Of a stretch of DNA of 64,000 nucleotides, positions 1 to 13,094 are shown piece after piece (the stretch's first letter is position 1; the number at the start of each line of letters is the position of its first letter). Under the pieces are notes generated by a model. It saw only the letters and a program-made list of their open reading frames with translations, made no database searches and was not told the origin of the DNA. The DNA is from Amoebophrya sp. A120 (Eukaryota; Protista; Dinoflagellata). A program made the translations under genes and the position numbers. The stretch is taken from contig CAJINV010000003.1 in assembly GCA_905178155.1 (NCBI GenBank), positions 11,167,737 through 11,231,736 of the forward strand, read 5' to 3'.

Positions 1-3000
1 CGCTACGGTAGAAAGTTTCTCACGCTGCCTTTTTCCGTCGATTCGGCCCGATTGTTGCGAAGCAGCGAGACAAGTTGCGGTGTGTTACGCGACGGCGAGC
101 CCAAGTCCGTGCATGGGAAACAGCGACCGGGAGTTCAACACTACAAGTCTCATGACGACTTGTGCCACCACCACGTCGACCTCGACAACGTCGACTTCCA
201 CGACGACAAAAGCTTTCGACTGCCTGCTAGTGCACTGTCTCTATTCGAACGCGGTGGATTGGGTGTCAGTCTATCCGAGCTTCGGCACAGAGTACGAAGA
301 GGACGCTGCATTTCCGGGGTACTACGAAAGAAAATTTTCAACCTCCACGACAAAGCCCGACTCGACGTCGACCCCGGATCCAAAGGCGGCGCCTGACTCA
401 ACCTCCACCCCAGATCCAAAGGCGGCGCCAGACTCCGGGTCCTCTTCCTCCGCGCCGGATCCCTATAGCGGCACTTCGTCTCCAGACCCAGCTACTTCTA
501 CGCCTGATCCCAAAGCCGCACCAGACGCGGGCTCGTCGACACCCGATCCGTATGCTCCTCCTCCTGACGGGGGAGGTGGACCGCGAAGCCTTTACGAAGA
601 TCAAAGTTCGTCCTCTAGTCCTCCTCTCTCCACGGGGCCGCCGACAACCGCCACAACCTCCATCGGGCCGCCGGGCCACTTGCTGAGCTTTCAGGACGCG
701 AAAGTGCAAAGCTTTTCGCGCTGCTTGTTCCCCTCGATTCGCCCGGAGTGCTGCGAGGCTGCGCGGCATGTTGCCGTCTGCTACGCCAGTGCCAGCCCGA
801 GTCCGTGTATGGGAAACGTGGACCGGGAGTTCAATACCACAAGTCTCATGACGACGTGCGCCACAACCACGACCACGACTACCACGACCTTGTTCAACGC
901 CTGCACGATCTCGTCGAAAAATCCGTGCGGCGCCTCGCTGCCACTTCAGCCGGCCCACCAGTGCTCGCCCGCACTGGGCACGGAGCGTTTGTACACCTGT
1001 GCATGCGCCCCCGGACACGAGGCTGTGGAAACAGCCTATAATGTCGACACACACGGAACGGGGTACGCGTTCGTTCCTGGTTCGACCTACACGACCTGCA
1101 TCGACGTCGACGAGTGCGCTGTTTCTGATGGCAGTTCACCTCCGTGCGGCCCGGCGGCGGACCAGAACGTCTGCACGAACTTAGTGGGTGCCTACCGGTG
1201 CGCGTGCGGGCCCGGCTACGAGCGGCTTCGGGACGGTGCGACACAGGGGGAGCTCTGCGTCCGCGTGAACGAGTGTGACCACAATCCCTGCGGCGCTGCT
1301 GGCTTCAGCGTCCGCTCGCAAACGCAGCTGACACACACGTGCGACCAAACTGCGCAGCCTGGCAACTGGCGCTGTACATGTGCGAGCGGATATCAGTCTT
1401 CCGGTGGGGATTTCCCGCACTGCGAGGAAATAGATGAGTGCGATGCTGTCCCTAACCCCTGTGGCCCCAGTCCGCCAAACAGGTGCTACGACCTGGTTGA
1501 TCATTACATGTGCCAGTGCGAGGGCGGGTTTGAACTCCAGTGGCAGCAAGCGAACAACGCAGCTGTGCGGGTTTTGGAAAGAAGTCCGAAGATGAGTATG
1601 AATACAGCACCCTTTCACTTTGATGAACAAAAAAAGGACACACATGATCTTCAGAGTAAGAAACACAAGAAACGACCAGACCTACAAACTGGAACGCGAC
1701 CACCTAAGTCGAGAGACGCAAGACGATTAGCAAGGCGTTTGCAGGCGTTCGAGAGGCGGCAACATGCACGAAGAAAAACCTCATCCCCAGGCGCGCATTT
1801 TGCAAGACGTTCTCCGTCGCACTTGACCACGAGTACTAGAGGCAGAAGCGATTCGCCTCGGAGCCGGTTCGGACTTCCGCTGCTCGAGGACGCTTTTCAG
1901 CGGTCTTCCAACCGTCCGCGTGCTCTGACTCCCTCCGCCACCGACTCGTGTGACGACCCCAACTACTACGATCCGCTTTTTCCCGGGCCGCCGTACGTTG
2001 GCTGTGAAGCCGCGTGGAAGGGCCTGCCGTGTGATCGGCTGCAGGAATTTCTCGGCGTCAGCCACGGCTACACTTCGGCGCACCAGACCGCGTTGCAGCG
2101 CCGGTGTCATTCCACGTGTTGCGAGGTTCCTGAGTACGCGAACAACACGGCGCACCGCTGCGGCGAGCAGTTTCCCACCTGTCCCTACACTCCGCCGGCC
2201 GGCGTTTCGGCGATGGGACAGAAGACGTACTTTCACGGCTGCGCTAATGGTTTCCTGGACGGATGGTATTGCATGGACGGGGTCGCCTACCGGCGCATGA
2301 CCCTAGACGGCGGGGGCTACACCCGCAACTACCGGGGTGCGCAGCTGGCGTGCGAAGACCTTGGCGCGTCGCTTGCCATGGCCCGGACGGCGAACCAGGT
2401 CGAGTTGCTCTCACAGCTAGGAAAACAGGAGTTTCCCGGGGATCCCCCGCCCGACGGAGTGCACGACGGCCTTTGGTTGGGTCTCCGCGCCGCCGCGGTC
2501 GGCAATGATCTTGGGGAATGGATGTGGGAGCTGACGCAAAGTCCTGCCCGGCGCTATGCGGGCGACGTCAGTGCCGATCCCCTACCCGGAGCCGTGGCGG
2601 GTGGCGCTGCCTGGGCGCCCGGCGAGCCGGTCGCCTACTGGTCACCCAGTGAAGCGAGTCTCGCCAAGCGCTGCGCCGCGTGGCGTCCGTCGGACGAGAA
2701 GTGGCACACGTTTGACTGCGAAGCGACGTGGTTGCCGTTCGTCTGCAGCATCGAGTACGATCCCTATGTGCAGGACACCCTAGAGGACGGCCAGATGATG
2801 TTCCCACCCCAACAACCCGCGCCTACCCCATACCGCATGGCACTGGTGAGCTATGCGAACGTGGACCAGTGTGTGGCCAACAGCAACAATTTCCCGATGC
2901 AAAACGTCGACCCTGCGGATCCGCCACAACTGCTAGAGCTGTTGCATTTCCCGACGGCGTGCCTGCGGTGGGACGAGCTTTTCTACTGGAAGATTTCCGG

Positions 3001-6000
3001 GTGCAGCGGAGGCAGTCTGCCGGCGGACGAGTCGCCTACCCAACTGGACAACGGGTCGTCGAGTGGTCAAATTCTGATCGAGGAGTTTTTCTGGGACGCC
3101 GCGTGCACTGACAAAGTCAGCAACCGGCTTGGCTCGCTCTGGCGCCGGATGGCCTACTGTAAAAAGCTCGGGTCCTACTTCGGCTACGAGCAGTTGGCTG
3201 CTCCGGCCGACACTCGCTTCGCGACCCATCTCTGCTCGGAAGCAACTACCCGGCTAGGCATTGCAAATATTTGTCTGGGTCTTCCTGTGAATAGCACACT
3301 ACTGCGGTAGATTTTGATTTTCATGTGATAATATATTGTATAAGCAGGTTTGGAATAGTACACGTGGAGCATGACGAGACCGAAAGCTCCAGAGAGATTT
3401 GCGAATGCCGAGTCATAAGAACTTCATTTTGGAATTTTCTTATTTATTCCTTTCTGTTCCAACACCAAGATCCACATGACTACTTAGTAGTTAGTTTACA
3501 GCCGTCCCGACCCAGACTAATGTTTGCAGTTTATACCGGAAGCAGCACGACGAGGCCATCACCGCGAGCGTCTTGCCGCCCGAAGGCAGCTATCCGACGG
3601 CGTCCGCGCCGACCTGCGGCTGCCCGCGGGGCTACGAACGGAGTGGAGCTTCGTGTGTGGGCATCGACGACTGTGTCGGACGACCCTGCGGAGACCTCGT
3701 CCCTGCGTCGGCCTGCACCGACCAGGTGGAGGGACACGTCTGCTCGTGCCCGGACGGGTTTCGAAACGACCAGGTGTTCGACGAAGCATTGCAACGACAA
3801 AACCAGACGTGCGTGTCCAACGATGGGTGTGCGAGCAAAGGCGACGCGCAGTGCCGGACTTCGGAAAGTCCTGAAAACCGTTGCACCGACGTAGGCACCC
3901 AGTACCGCTGCACCTGCGGCGGCGGCTTTGTGAAGCGCTTAGCGCTCGGCTCGCTGACGGATGAGGTATGTGTCTCTGTTGAGCAGAGTTGCGCCGCGTC
4001 GTGCGCCCGCCGGGAGATGCAGCGCGAGTCCAACCAGTTTGTGATGCAATCCATCGCCCCCGGGAAGTATGCGAGCGCGCATGCCATGGCTTATGACTAC
4101 TTGGGTCTGGCGCAAGACGACGCGCTGCTGGCTGGATGTGCCGCGGAGCTGAACTCGAATCCGGAGGACAAAAATGTCATGCGCGCTGCGAGCGGAAACT
4201 TCGGGCTACCGGTCGACCAGAACGGGGCGGCCACTCCTGCCGTCTGGAACAGGCGCGCCTGTTGCAAGCTGTACCAAGACTTCCTGGGATGTCTCTCTTC
4301 CAATTGTGGGGTGCAGACTGCTTTCTCCGCTTACTTTCGCGACTATTGCCAAGTGGGTAGCGTCGCGGCAGACTCCAGCCTGTTGCGAGAAGAAGTTTCG
4401 CTGACAGGCCAAGTCGTTCTCGAGTTCCCGTCAGTCGCTTCGCGCAACGCTTTTTACGAAGCCAGCATGTTGATGCGAACAGGTGCCGCGCAGGAGCCTG
4501 AAGCGTCCTCAGCAGTAAACGCACCAGCAGCTGCAAGTACTAGGTCGTCGTCGTTATTTCTGGATCACTTGCGGGCCGAGCTGAAGAGCAGAGCGCTGGC
4601 GGAGCTGCTGCCAGGCTACGTCGACGGGGTGGAATTGGGGAAATCAAACAAGGTCGATGTCTGGTTGTCAGCCGTAAACCGGAGTTTAACATCGTTGGCG
4701 ACAATCGACGAGGGTGAGTACCTGGATCTGCTAATGAACCAGCAGGCGCACTCCCACCCGCCGCGCGGTCGCAGGAGGAGGAAGTTAACGAGCAGTAGCA
4801 CGGGCAACGTGCCTAGCACAAGTCCACCGCCGGGGGCGGGGCCGTCCTCGGCAGCGTATTCGTCTGCAGACCCACCACCTCCCAGCAGCGCCAGTACCAC
4901 GGAGCAGCCGGGTGCTCCGCACCAAAATCAAGGCTTGAACTTGGCTCCGCAGTACCCGACATCGTTTGATCGGCAGATCACTCTCCAGTACATGATCGGA
5001 CCGTTTTCCGCGGCCTCTCTGCTGCCGCCGGAGTTCCAGGACTCGGAGACAGTGTTTGCGGCGTCCGCAGCCACGAGCACTATGACCGAACTGTTTCTGG
5101 TCACCCATATGCATTGCAAAAGTATCGTACTAGTATGAGTCGGCGCATCTTCTTCACAAATATTCTCAAGCTGAACAAGCGTCGAGCCTTGTCATGCCGC
5201 GGATCTATAGAGAGAAAGACCTTGGGAAAAGAGAGACCACATTTGTCTTCATGCATAATTATAGCTGCAATTACTACAACTAGCACGATACTGTTGCAGT
5301 GGATAAACCAATATGGACGTCAAGACATGATTCGGGACTGGTGTGAAGCCCAAGTCCAGCGTCGCTTCATCGGTCCGGAGACGCTCCAGGAGTTGGCGCG
5401 CCACGGCATGCCCGTGACCGAGCTGCAGGTGCCCGGGTGCGAGCCCGGCCCCTCGTGCGAGGACGCCGATGCAGTTGCGACCAAGTATTTGCGAGGCGGG
5501 AGCGCTTCCTGCGGCTGCGCGTGTCTGGGGCAGCAGGGTGAGTGCGCCAACCGCATCGCCGTGCGGCAAGTGTGTCCCGTGACCTGTGCGACGCACGGCG
5601 CCACTACATGTGTGAACGCACACCAAGAACAGGACGGCCGCCAGCGCGCGTTGCTGCAGCAGATTCGCGGTCACCCCTCAACCGAAGCACTGATGAGGAT
5701 ACCGACGAGTGGTCTGCCAGGTAGTTCATCTCCTGCAAGGCAACAGATGAAACAAGAAACTTTTCGTCAAACGCAGCCTTTTGATCTTGATGTTGCGAAA
5801 GCTGCTTCATCACACTCGGGCACAGCTGGCGAGGACGATCGTGCTGCAACTACTTTGATGCAGCTTGGTGCGCAGGAGGTGCGTCCTTTGTCCGACCGCG
5901 CTCTTTCTCCGACTGGTGGAGCGGCCCCGCCCACGAACCCCGCATCAAGCACCGGACGCCTTTTCGCACCGCTGGCCCTCGCGGCCGGTCAGAGAGAGCA

Positions 6001-9000
6001 CCAGTGGTCTCTGACCCAACTGCAAACCTCCACGCTGAGCTCCACAACGACAGTGTCTGTCGACCGGGACAGCATAGACTTGTCTTCTTTCCTTCCCGAT
6101 CCCCATGTTTACCCAACGGGGACGCTGAACTACATGACCACCAGCACCACCTCAACTACCTCCACTGGCCCACCCGGAGGTGGTGCTAGCTCCGATCACA
6201 GCAGCTCGTCTGGTAGCTCCAGCGACGCTGTACGTGTGTACGGAGAATATCCTTACCTGGCGGAGGCCCGCGGAGATGCGGGCACAACATTTGCGGGACT
6301 CGCGCAACGTCTGCGGACGCTTGAAACGTCTCTTGCAACGCTGATCCAGCAGTGTGTGCGAACGGCACTTGCGTCTTCTTCCGCCGGCCAAGAAGTAGAA
6401 GATGGCACATCTCCACAGCAGAACGAAGATCTCGAGCAATCGTTGCTGGTGAAAACGCCCGCACAAGTTCTCAGCGAAGCGCATCCCGGGTTTTTTGCGC
6501 AACCCTGGCCTAGAGACTCAGATTGGGAGACGGTTCTGGATCACTTCCAAGTAGCCACCGCAGACCCCGACGCTGCAGCGCCCACCTTGCCTTCCGTATC
6601 GCAGAGCGCCGCTTTCGTGCCTGAGTACGTGCTGCCCGGTTGCGAACCTCTGTTCGCGTTCGACGAACGGGAGGCGGCTGCGATTGTGAGTGCGAAGCTG
6701 TCCGATCTGAACATCCAAGCCGACAGGCTCGACTTGTCGCTGTTTGATCCGAGTTGCGCTCAACGCGTCCCGGGATCCTACCAGCTGACGCTGCCGCAGA
6801 CCTCGATGTGTGCCCCCCTGGACTGCGCCAATCCCTCCATGTACACACCCACCGATCCAGCGGGGCTGAACGCGCTCGTCTGTTCTCCCGGCTCGTCCGA
6901 GTTTTCTTTCGACGGACAGGGCTGCTCGATCCTGCTGCCGGCCTTGTTGGAAGATGAGGAACTGCAGCCGGGCGTCGTTACACCCTCGGTTACCCTGGCG
7001 TCGTGGACGAATCCACTCGCGCTCGGATTGCGCAACCGGAGATCTCTGACAGCAGGCACTGAGCGAACTGGATTAATACCTGTGCCATCATCTTCATCAG
7101 AAGCGGGAGTTCCAACAAGAGGAAGAGCGACAGATTTTTATATTCGAAAATTGGACGAGAATCAAAATGGAAATGATGTGTCCGGTAGTTCAGGTTCTGG
7201 TGCAGCTGCAAGTTCGACCACATCAACCTCCACCAGTTCCACCACTACCTCAACCATCGATCCGGCGCTGGTGACGCAACCTTCCCAGATCGAGTACGAG
7301 GTGGGCGGCGTGAAGTTTACTTCCGCCGAGGCTGCGCCATACCTCGCGCACGCAGCTGATGGCGTGTTCACCCCTGGACTCGTGGTGCAAGCCAAGATCA
7401 AGAGTTGTACGATGCCGGAGTACGCCCCCGGCAAGGGGTTCGGTGAGATTCGGTTCATTAACGGTGCCTGGGAAAACGAAAAATTTGTGACCGGAGCCGA
7501 TCAAATGTGTAGTGTGGCGCAACCCTGTGGGGCCGGGCGTTTCCCTCAGCTCTTGGCTAGTTCCTGCGGAACCACTGCTGCCAGTGGTGCAACGTGCGCA
7601 CTCAGCTGCGAAGCGAGTACGGCAGTCAGTGCTGCCGGCGCAGCGTCGCTGGCGGCTGGGAGCGATGCCGTGGAGCTGAAGGGCTCTTCCGACGACGTTC
7701 TGCACCTAGTGAGCAGCACTGCTGTTCTGCAGCAGAATGGAGGTGGAACACAAACAGCCTCTACCAGCACGACAGACGCGGAAGGAACCGGAATCCTTTT
7801 GACCAACCAGTATGGAACTGTCATAGAGCACCAAACCACGGACGGGGGCGGAGCTAACCCCGCGACGCCAAGGCGGACGATCCAAAGCGTAAACCGAATC
7901 TGCTACAACGGCAACTACTACACCTTGCCGGCATACTATCGTACGAAAAAACTGTTTCACTGTGAGGATAAAGTTTGCAAGTTTATTTGCACTGACAAGC
8001 TCGCCATATCGCATCACGTGGTCACAGGAAAAAGCTGCCATGCATGCACCTGAAGGGAAAAAACGGTTAGAAATGCCTTCTCTGTAGTCTCTTTCATTTG
8101 TCTCATGACAAGCACCACATCAATCTGAATGTTGCATGGTCCAAATCACAAGTTCATAGAGAAGCAGTTTTTTTCGGAGGATAGCGATGACAGGTATGTG
8201 CAGAATCGGTTCTATCCGCTCCGGAGGGACCCCCTGATCACCGACGTTGCAATGCAGGTGTTTCCTAACGTCTTATGGCATTTTCAAGCGTTACAGGGAT
8301 CGGCTTTTACACGATTTGTTTAGGTAAAATCCCTGATCAATCTTCAGCCCCCACAGTCGGGTCAAGCTCCTTCGTGTGGCAAGGTCCTCTCGACGCGCTT
8401 AGTAGCATGGAAGTCGGTTCCAAAATGGTAATTATGCAACAAGACCACGCGCAAAATGAATGCAAGACGCGCAAAAAAGTCCACCCATTCACTTTTGTTC
8501 TTCTTGCGTCACAAATTTATGTCAACAGCTATCATTGTCACGCTTGCTGAAAACTCCATACGTCTTTCCGCTCTGTTCTGTCGCGGACGCCGAGACCCAG
8601 GAAGTGTACGTGGTTCAGGCCAGCGTGCAGTTTGCGGTAGATGACTCTTGGTTTTCGCAGTTTTCCTCTACGGAGACCGCTTCAGGTTCTACTGACCTCG
8701 CGCAACTTTCGGGTGGTATGAGTACTGACCCCGGCGCCGCCGCTACGACGACGACGCGGCCGCCGGTGTTCTTGACCGACAGCGAAACGCTTCCGCCGCC
8801 GGAGGAGAAGACGCAAGCGCAGCTTTTCGCGCTCATGACTGAAAGCGGTGACCAAGCGGCGAGCGCCGAGGACAAGACCAAAGCCGCCTCTATGTGGCAG
8901 GCCCTAGACGCTATGGCGCTTGCAATCCGCAACTCGCTGGGCCCCGAAGCGATCGGCGTGAATGACACACTGCATCTGAAGACGTACACGGTGAATGGCG

Positions 9001-12000
9001 CAGTCACCATTGCAGTGGATTACTACGGACGACGCTTGCAGGAACTGCTGCCTGGTGGAGAGAAGCTGCCACACGACCACACAGCTGCAGTGGCAGCAGG
9101 TCGCGCAGGAACAAACCATAGGCAACAAGGTGCGCTGCAATCAGCTCGTGTTTTGGCAGGAGTTGATGTAGTACGTCAAAAAATGGAGGACGTGGACGTC
9201 GCGCGGGAGCATGCTACATCAAACACCGGGGCCCGCCCGACAGGTAGAGGTAGTGGGCCGCAGGCGCCACGCCGCCCGAGTGCAGCACGGACGCTGGCGG
9301 CAGGGACGTCCACTGACGTCGCCTACGACTTTCAGGTGATGCTAACCGGTGCGAACGCCTCCTCCAAAGCAAACAAGGCCGGGTCGGTGCTCGGCACTTC
9401 TAGTACCAGTAGTGGCGCATCAAACTCTACCAATGGCACCGCGGTGGTGGCAGCAAGTGCCGGAGCGTTGAGCAGTGTTTTCGCGACTGTGTTCAAGCAA
9501 GCGTTCACGAAAAACTTCGCGCAGATCTTTTCCGTGTCCGAATCCGTGATCCAGTCCTTCAAGAGTTTCAGCCGGGGCTTGAGCAGCATGGTCCTGGAGG
9601 TGCCCAGGTACAAAACGACGCCCTGGCGACCTTGCTCGACCGCGTGTGGGACCGGTATCGCACAGCGCAGCGTGCATTGCTTCGTGCCGCAGAACGCCTT
9701 CTCAAACTGGTGTCGCGGCCCAATTCCACTCGCGGTGCAGACCTGCGAAGACTACAGCGGCTGCCCGTTCCGGATCGACTGTCCTCTCGGCCCGGGTTCC
9801 ACGTTGCTGACCTGCGAGCAACAGTTCCTCGCGGAAATGGGGATTTCCGCAGCTATCATTTTAGCCCTGGTCACCTATCTCTACCGGGGGTGCCGCAAAC
9901 CCAAACGGGGCGCGGTCAGACTCCAAGTAGGCGAGGGGAAGAAGGTGGAAGCGGTTAAGTGGCGCACGGAGTACGACAAGGCGACAGGCAAAACTAAAAT
10001 TGTGTGGGACACCAACGACAAAATGTTGTTCGGGGGCGTTGTCACAGGCGCCCCGGTGCTCGGAGACGAAGCGGAAACGCCGTCGCATCCACGAAGAAAA
10101 TCCGCCCGAGGTCGTTCTGGTGGTACGACTTCCGCGCCAGCATCCTCTGAAGACGGTGCCCGCGAACAAAGCGCCGGCCGCAAAGAGACATCACCACCAA
10201 TGGTGGATGTTAACGGTTCTGTGCTGCTGGACCTGGAAAATCCGGTGGCCATAAATCCAAATCAAGAGGATAGTACTTCTGCTGTCACCGTAGAAGTAGA
10301 GAAGAAGCAAAGTGACGCAAAAAATCAGGAGCGGGAGGCGGAGGTGAAAAGTGCAGCGTCGTCGTCTTCCTCGTCTGAGGTTATTAAGCCGGGATCTCCG
10401 GTGGGTGTGGTCATTGACCATGCGAGTCCGCCGCCGAGCTGCTTCGCGGACCAGGAAAAGGTCGAGTATTGGTCGGCCACCTACAATACCAAATGTAAAA
10501 GTGTCTGGGTCTGGAAGAGTCATGCTGTTTCTGCATGACACAGAAGGTCTGGCATGGAAGCTCTAGCATCACAGGTTTCGAGAAGCTTCCGCAATGCCGA
10601 ATCCGCATGACAAATCCCCCATTTTGGTGACAGAAAGTGAGCAGCTTCTGCTGCCTATGCATCAGAGATTTTTGCGTGTTCTGAAATGCGCATCACAAGT
10701 TACATCCTTCCAGACCCAGACACTTTTACACTTGATATACAACAGCTTTCTACCCGCATCCATCTTGTCGCACAATCCGAAGACGAACACGCTCAACCTC
10801 CGCATTCTGGGGCAGCAAGTGCGGCAAAATGTGTCTTGGAACCTCATTCGCCTGCCGCTCCGGAAGGGGGAGCCCTGCGAATTCCATGTGGACGCTGACG
10901 TGCGTTGGGTGGATCGCGACGCTCGCACTTTTGACCGCCTGCGGGTATGAGACTGGACAACTCCCACTCTGCCCCTTCATCTGTCATGCAAAAACACACA
11001 ATGTAGTCAGCACAGCTCCAGCTGTCACTTGGCCATATTTGTATTTTCATTTTGGGACTGTTTGCATGACAGGTTCCAGCAGCCAAATCAGTACGATACT
11101 GCTGCCAGGCAGAAAGAACTGCATCTTTGCTGGCACTTCTGCCGCTACTGTTGCCCTCCAAATGAGGGGAAGGGGGACGAGTTGTGCGATCTCATAACGG
11201 GCGGCGGCGGGCTATAAGCTGACCGCGAAGGGACGCGTTTTTCGCGTCGATGCCACTGCGGTCCGGCGGAAATTCGCGATCGGCGAAAAGGTGGTCGCTC
11301 TAGTTCCTGAGGAGCGTCGGTGGGCACCGTGTCGGGTGAAAGAGGTTGCGAAGGAGCATTACGGCGACACGAAGCAACGCCTTTCAGAATTGCTGCAGGA
11401 TGGAGCTGCAAGTCCAGGGAAACGACGTGGCCGAGTGAGTCAGGCGTGGATGCAACCAGCTACAAGGGCGCACCAGAAATTCTTGGCCATGTCTTCCGGT
11501 AAAAATTACGCTCCGGAGACTACGTTTTCCTTATGGGAAGGCAATGGCAAACCTTCATCGCTCGGCCTGCACTTCGGGCGGGGATGGAAAGTGGACCGAC
11601 TGGATATTGGGAAGCAGGCCGACTTGAAGGGTGTCCAGGTAGGTTGGAAACTGCTGGAGTTTGAAAACGAACCGGTGAACGGAAACCAAGGCCGATCTTT
11701 GAGCCGCACTTTCACAATATCCAACAGAAACCAGCCGCACGAGCACACGGATCATTCGAGGACCAGAAAAATATGCATTTGTGTTGCTTCTATTAAAGTC
11801 CTGTTGTATTATACTGATGTGATGCAGCGGAGACCGGAAGAGAAGCTCTCTTCTGTTTTTCGGAGCGCATTTTTTATTCGGAGTGCTTACGTAGTTTGAA
11901 TAGATAACGAGTAGACAGGCACGACCAGGAAAAAAAAAATGTCATGCTGATGGCGAACAGCCCCAGCCAAAGACAGCGCCAACATTCGAGACAGGTATTA

Positions 12001-13094
12001 AAAGCATAGGCCGCGGCAAGCTCAAGCGCAACGCAAACTGATTTATGTTAAGTATATTTTTCCGGTAACATGTTCCGTCGGTGTGCGTTTCTGTCCAATA
12101 CACGGGCACAGGCTCCACCTTCGACCTACGTAATGCGTTGGACGAAGCCCGCGCCGACAACAAGCAAACGATCACCCTCAGGTGGCAAACTCCAGCAGAG
12201 GAAGGCAATCCGGAGCCTGGCGCGGATACAAACCTGCTGTCCTCCAGCAGCAGTGCTTCTTCCTCGGCAGACGGTTCGCGAAACCACTCAAAAGAATCGA
12301 CGACCAAGCGAAGGACCTCAAAACCTTTGGCCTTGGAAGACATAGTCCAGGCGGACGATGGGCACCAGCCCGCCTGGAGGAGCCCGCAGCGCCGCAGCAG
12401 CGGTGGCCGCCGCAGAACCAGCTCTAATGTTACTGGGAATGTGGCCATGGCTATGGCACCACAAGAAGGCGGGGAGGACGGCGAAAGGAGAAGACCGCTG
12501 AGCCCGCGCAAGCAGGCGCAGAGCGGCACGCTCCTGGATCCAGAACATCGAAAAAGCAGGAAAATTGACACTGGTATGTTTGGCGAGCGACTGCTGCTCC
12601 TGCCCATGGAAGTAGATGAAGTAGATGAAGACGAGAACGATAGGCAGCTTTTGCAGCGATCCTTTTGGGTGGACCCGAAAGAGCAGCAGGTTTTGCCGCT
12701 GGACGTCGCTGAGTCCACTTCTTATCAGTACACAAGCAAGCGCCGCACGTTGGCTCTTGCAATCGAAGACCGAAACCGCTTTGCTCCACCCACGGAGGGC
12801 CTAGTCGAGAGCGCGCGTGGCTCCATTACCAGCGGCGTGTTGTCCCCCCGTAGTAATATGGGCTACAGCGCCACGGATCACGGACCTTTTCCATTGGTGA
12901 TAAGAACGACCGGCGAGGATGAGACCCCGCCCAGATCAGAGCCAAGTTCCTGCGACCCAGACGAAAGTGACGGCAACGACGCGGGCGCTCTCGGCGAGGA
13001 CCCAGGACGCAGACAAAACAAACCCATCCACCTCGCTCTCAAAGACAAGACAGACGCATGTGGCAGTCAGGGCGAAGCAATCTTTGAAGTTTAA
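1..13094 (+). CDS. Giant type-I membrane adhesin/receptor, paralog A (5' end outside window; ~3720 codons in window): Cys-rich modules, Ca-EGF repeats, C-type lectin, SEA-like, TSP1, TM, cytoplasmic SH3/Tudor-like barrels and PDZ-like domain
   Basis: Exons 2-3254, 3541-5107, 5311-7936, 8189-8273, 8566-10486, 10743-10945, 11202-11717, 12106-13094 join in frame (11160 nt) after removing 7 TIR introns. Motifs: DVDEC/EIDEC EGF, WLGL...WAPGEP...C...W...C....PFVC CTLD, WRPCSTACGTGIAQRSVHC TSP1, TM GISAAIILALVTYLY, SLGLHF...GKQADLKGVQVGWKLL PDZ-like. Colinear with paralog at 31005-49608. Confidence 0.85.
356..560 (+). repeat. Coding tandem repeat (PDSTSTPDPKAA-like, 36-nt units) in mucin-like linker
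   Basis: PDSTSTPDPKAA PDSTSTPDPKAA PDSG...TPDPKAAPDAG visible in translation. Confidence 0.8.
3255..3535. mobile_element. Introner (TIR non-canonical intron), GTCTGGGTC family
   Basis: TAGGCATTGCAAATATTTGTCTGGGTC ... GACCCAGACTAATGTTTGCAGTTTATA; DR ccggc/ccgga; removal joins ORF 80 to the ORF 3573 frame. Confidence 0.85.
5108..5305. mobile_element. Introner, TATGCATTGCAAAAG family
   Basis: TATGCATTGCAAAAGTATCGTACTAGT ... ACTAGCACGATACTGTTGCAGTGGATA; DR accca/aacca; in-frame join LFLVTQYGRQ. Confidence 0.85.
7937..8183. mobile_element. Introner with decayed direct repeat
   Basis: TATCGTACGAAAAAACTG ... CAGTTTTTTTCGGAGGATA; flanks catac/gcgat; removal of element+5 is in frame (YTLPAYDRY). 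Confidence 0.7.
8274..8560. mobile_element. Introner
   Basis: TATGGCATTTTCAAGCG ... CGCTTGCTGAAAACTCCATA; perfect DR cgtct; join FPNVFPLC matches paralog VNLFPTC. Confidence 0.88.
10487..10737. mobile_element. Introner, GTCTGGGTC family
   Basis: 31-bp TIR TACCAAATGTAAAAGTGTCTGGGTCTGGAAG / CTTCCAGACCCAGACACTTTTACACTTGATA; perfect DR tacaa; join YWSATYNSFLPAS matches the uninterrupted paralog YWSESGQVYLPA. Confidence 0.92.
10946..11196. mobile_element. Introner
   Basis: TATGAGACTGGACAACTC ... GAGTTGTGCGATCTCATA; DR gcggg/acggg; join LRAAAGYKL. Confidence 0.85.
11718..12100. mobile_element. Introner splitting the PDZ-like domain
   Basis: TATCCAACAGAAAC ... GTTTCTGTCCAATA; DR cacaa/cacgg; in-frame join to ORF 12081. 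Confidence 0.78.
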
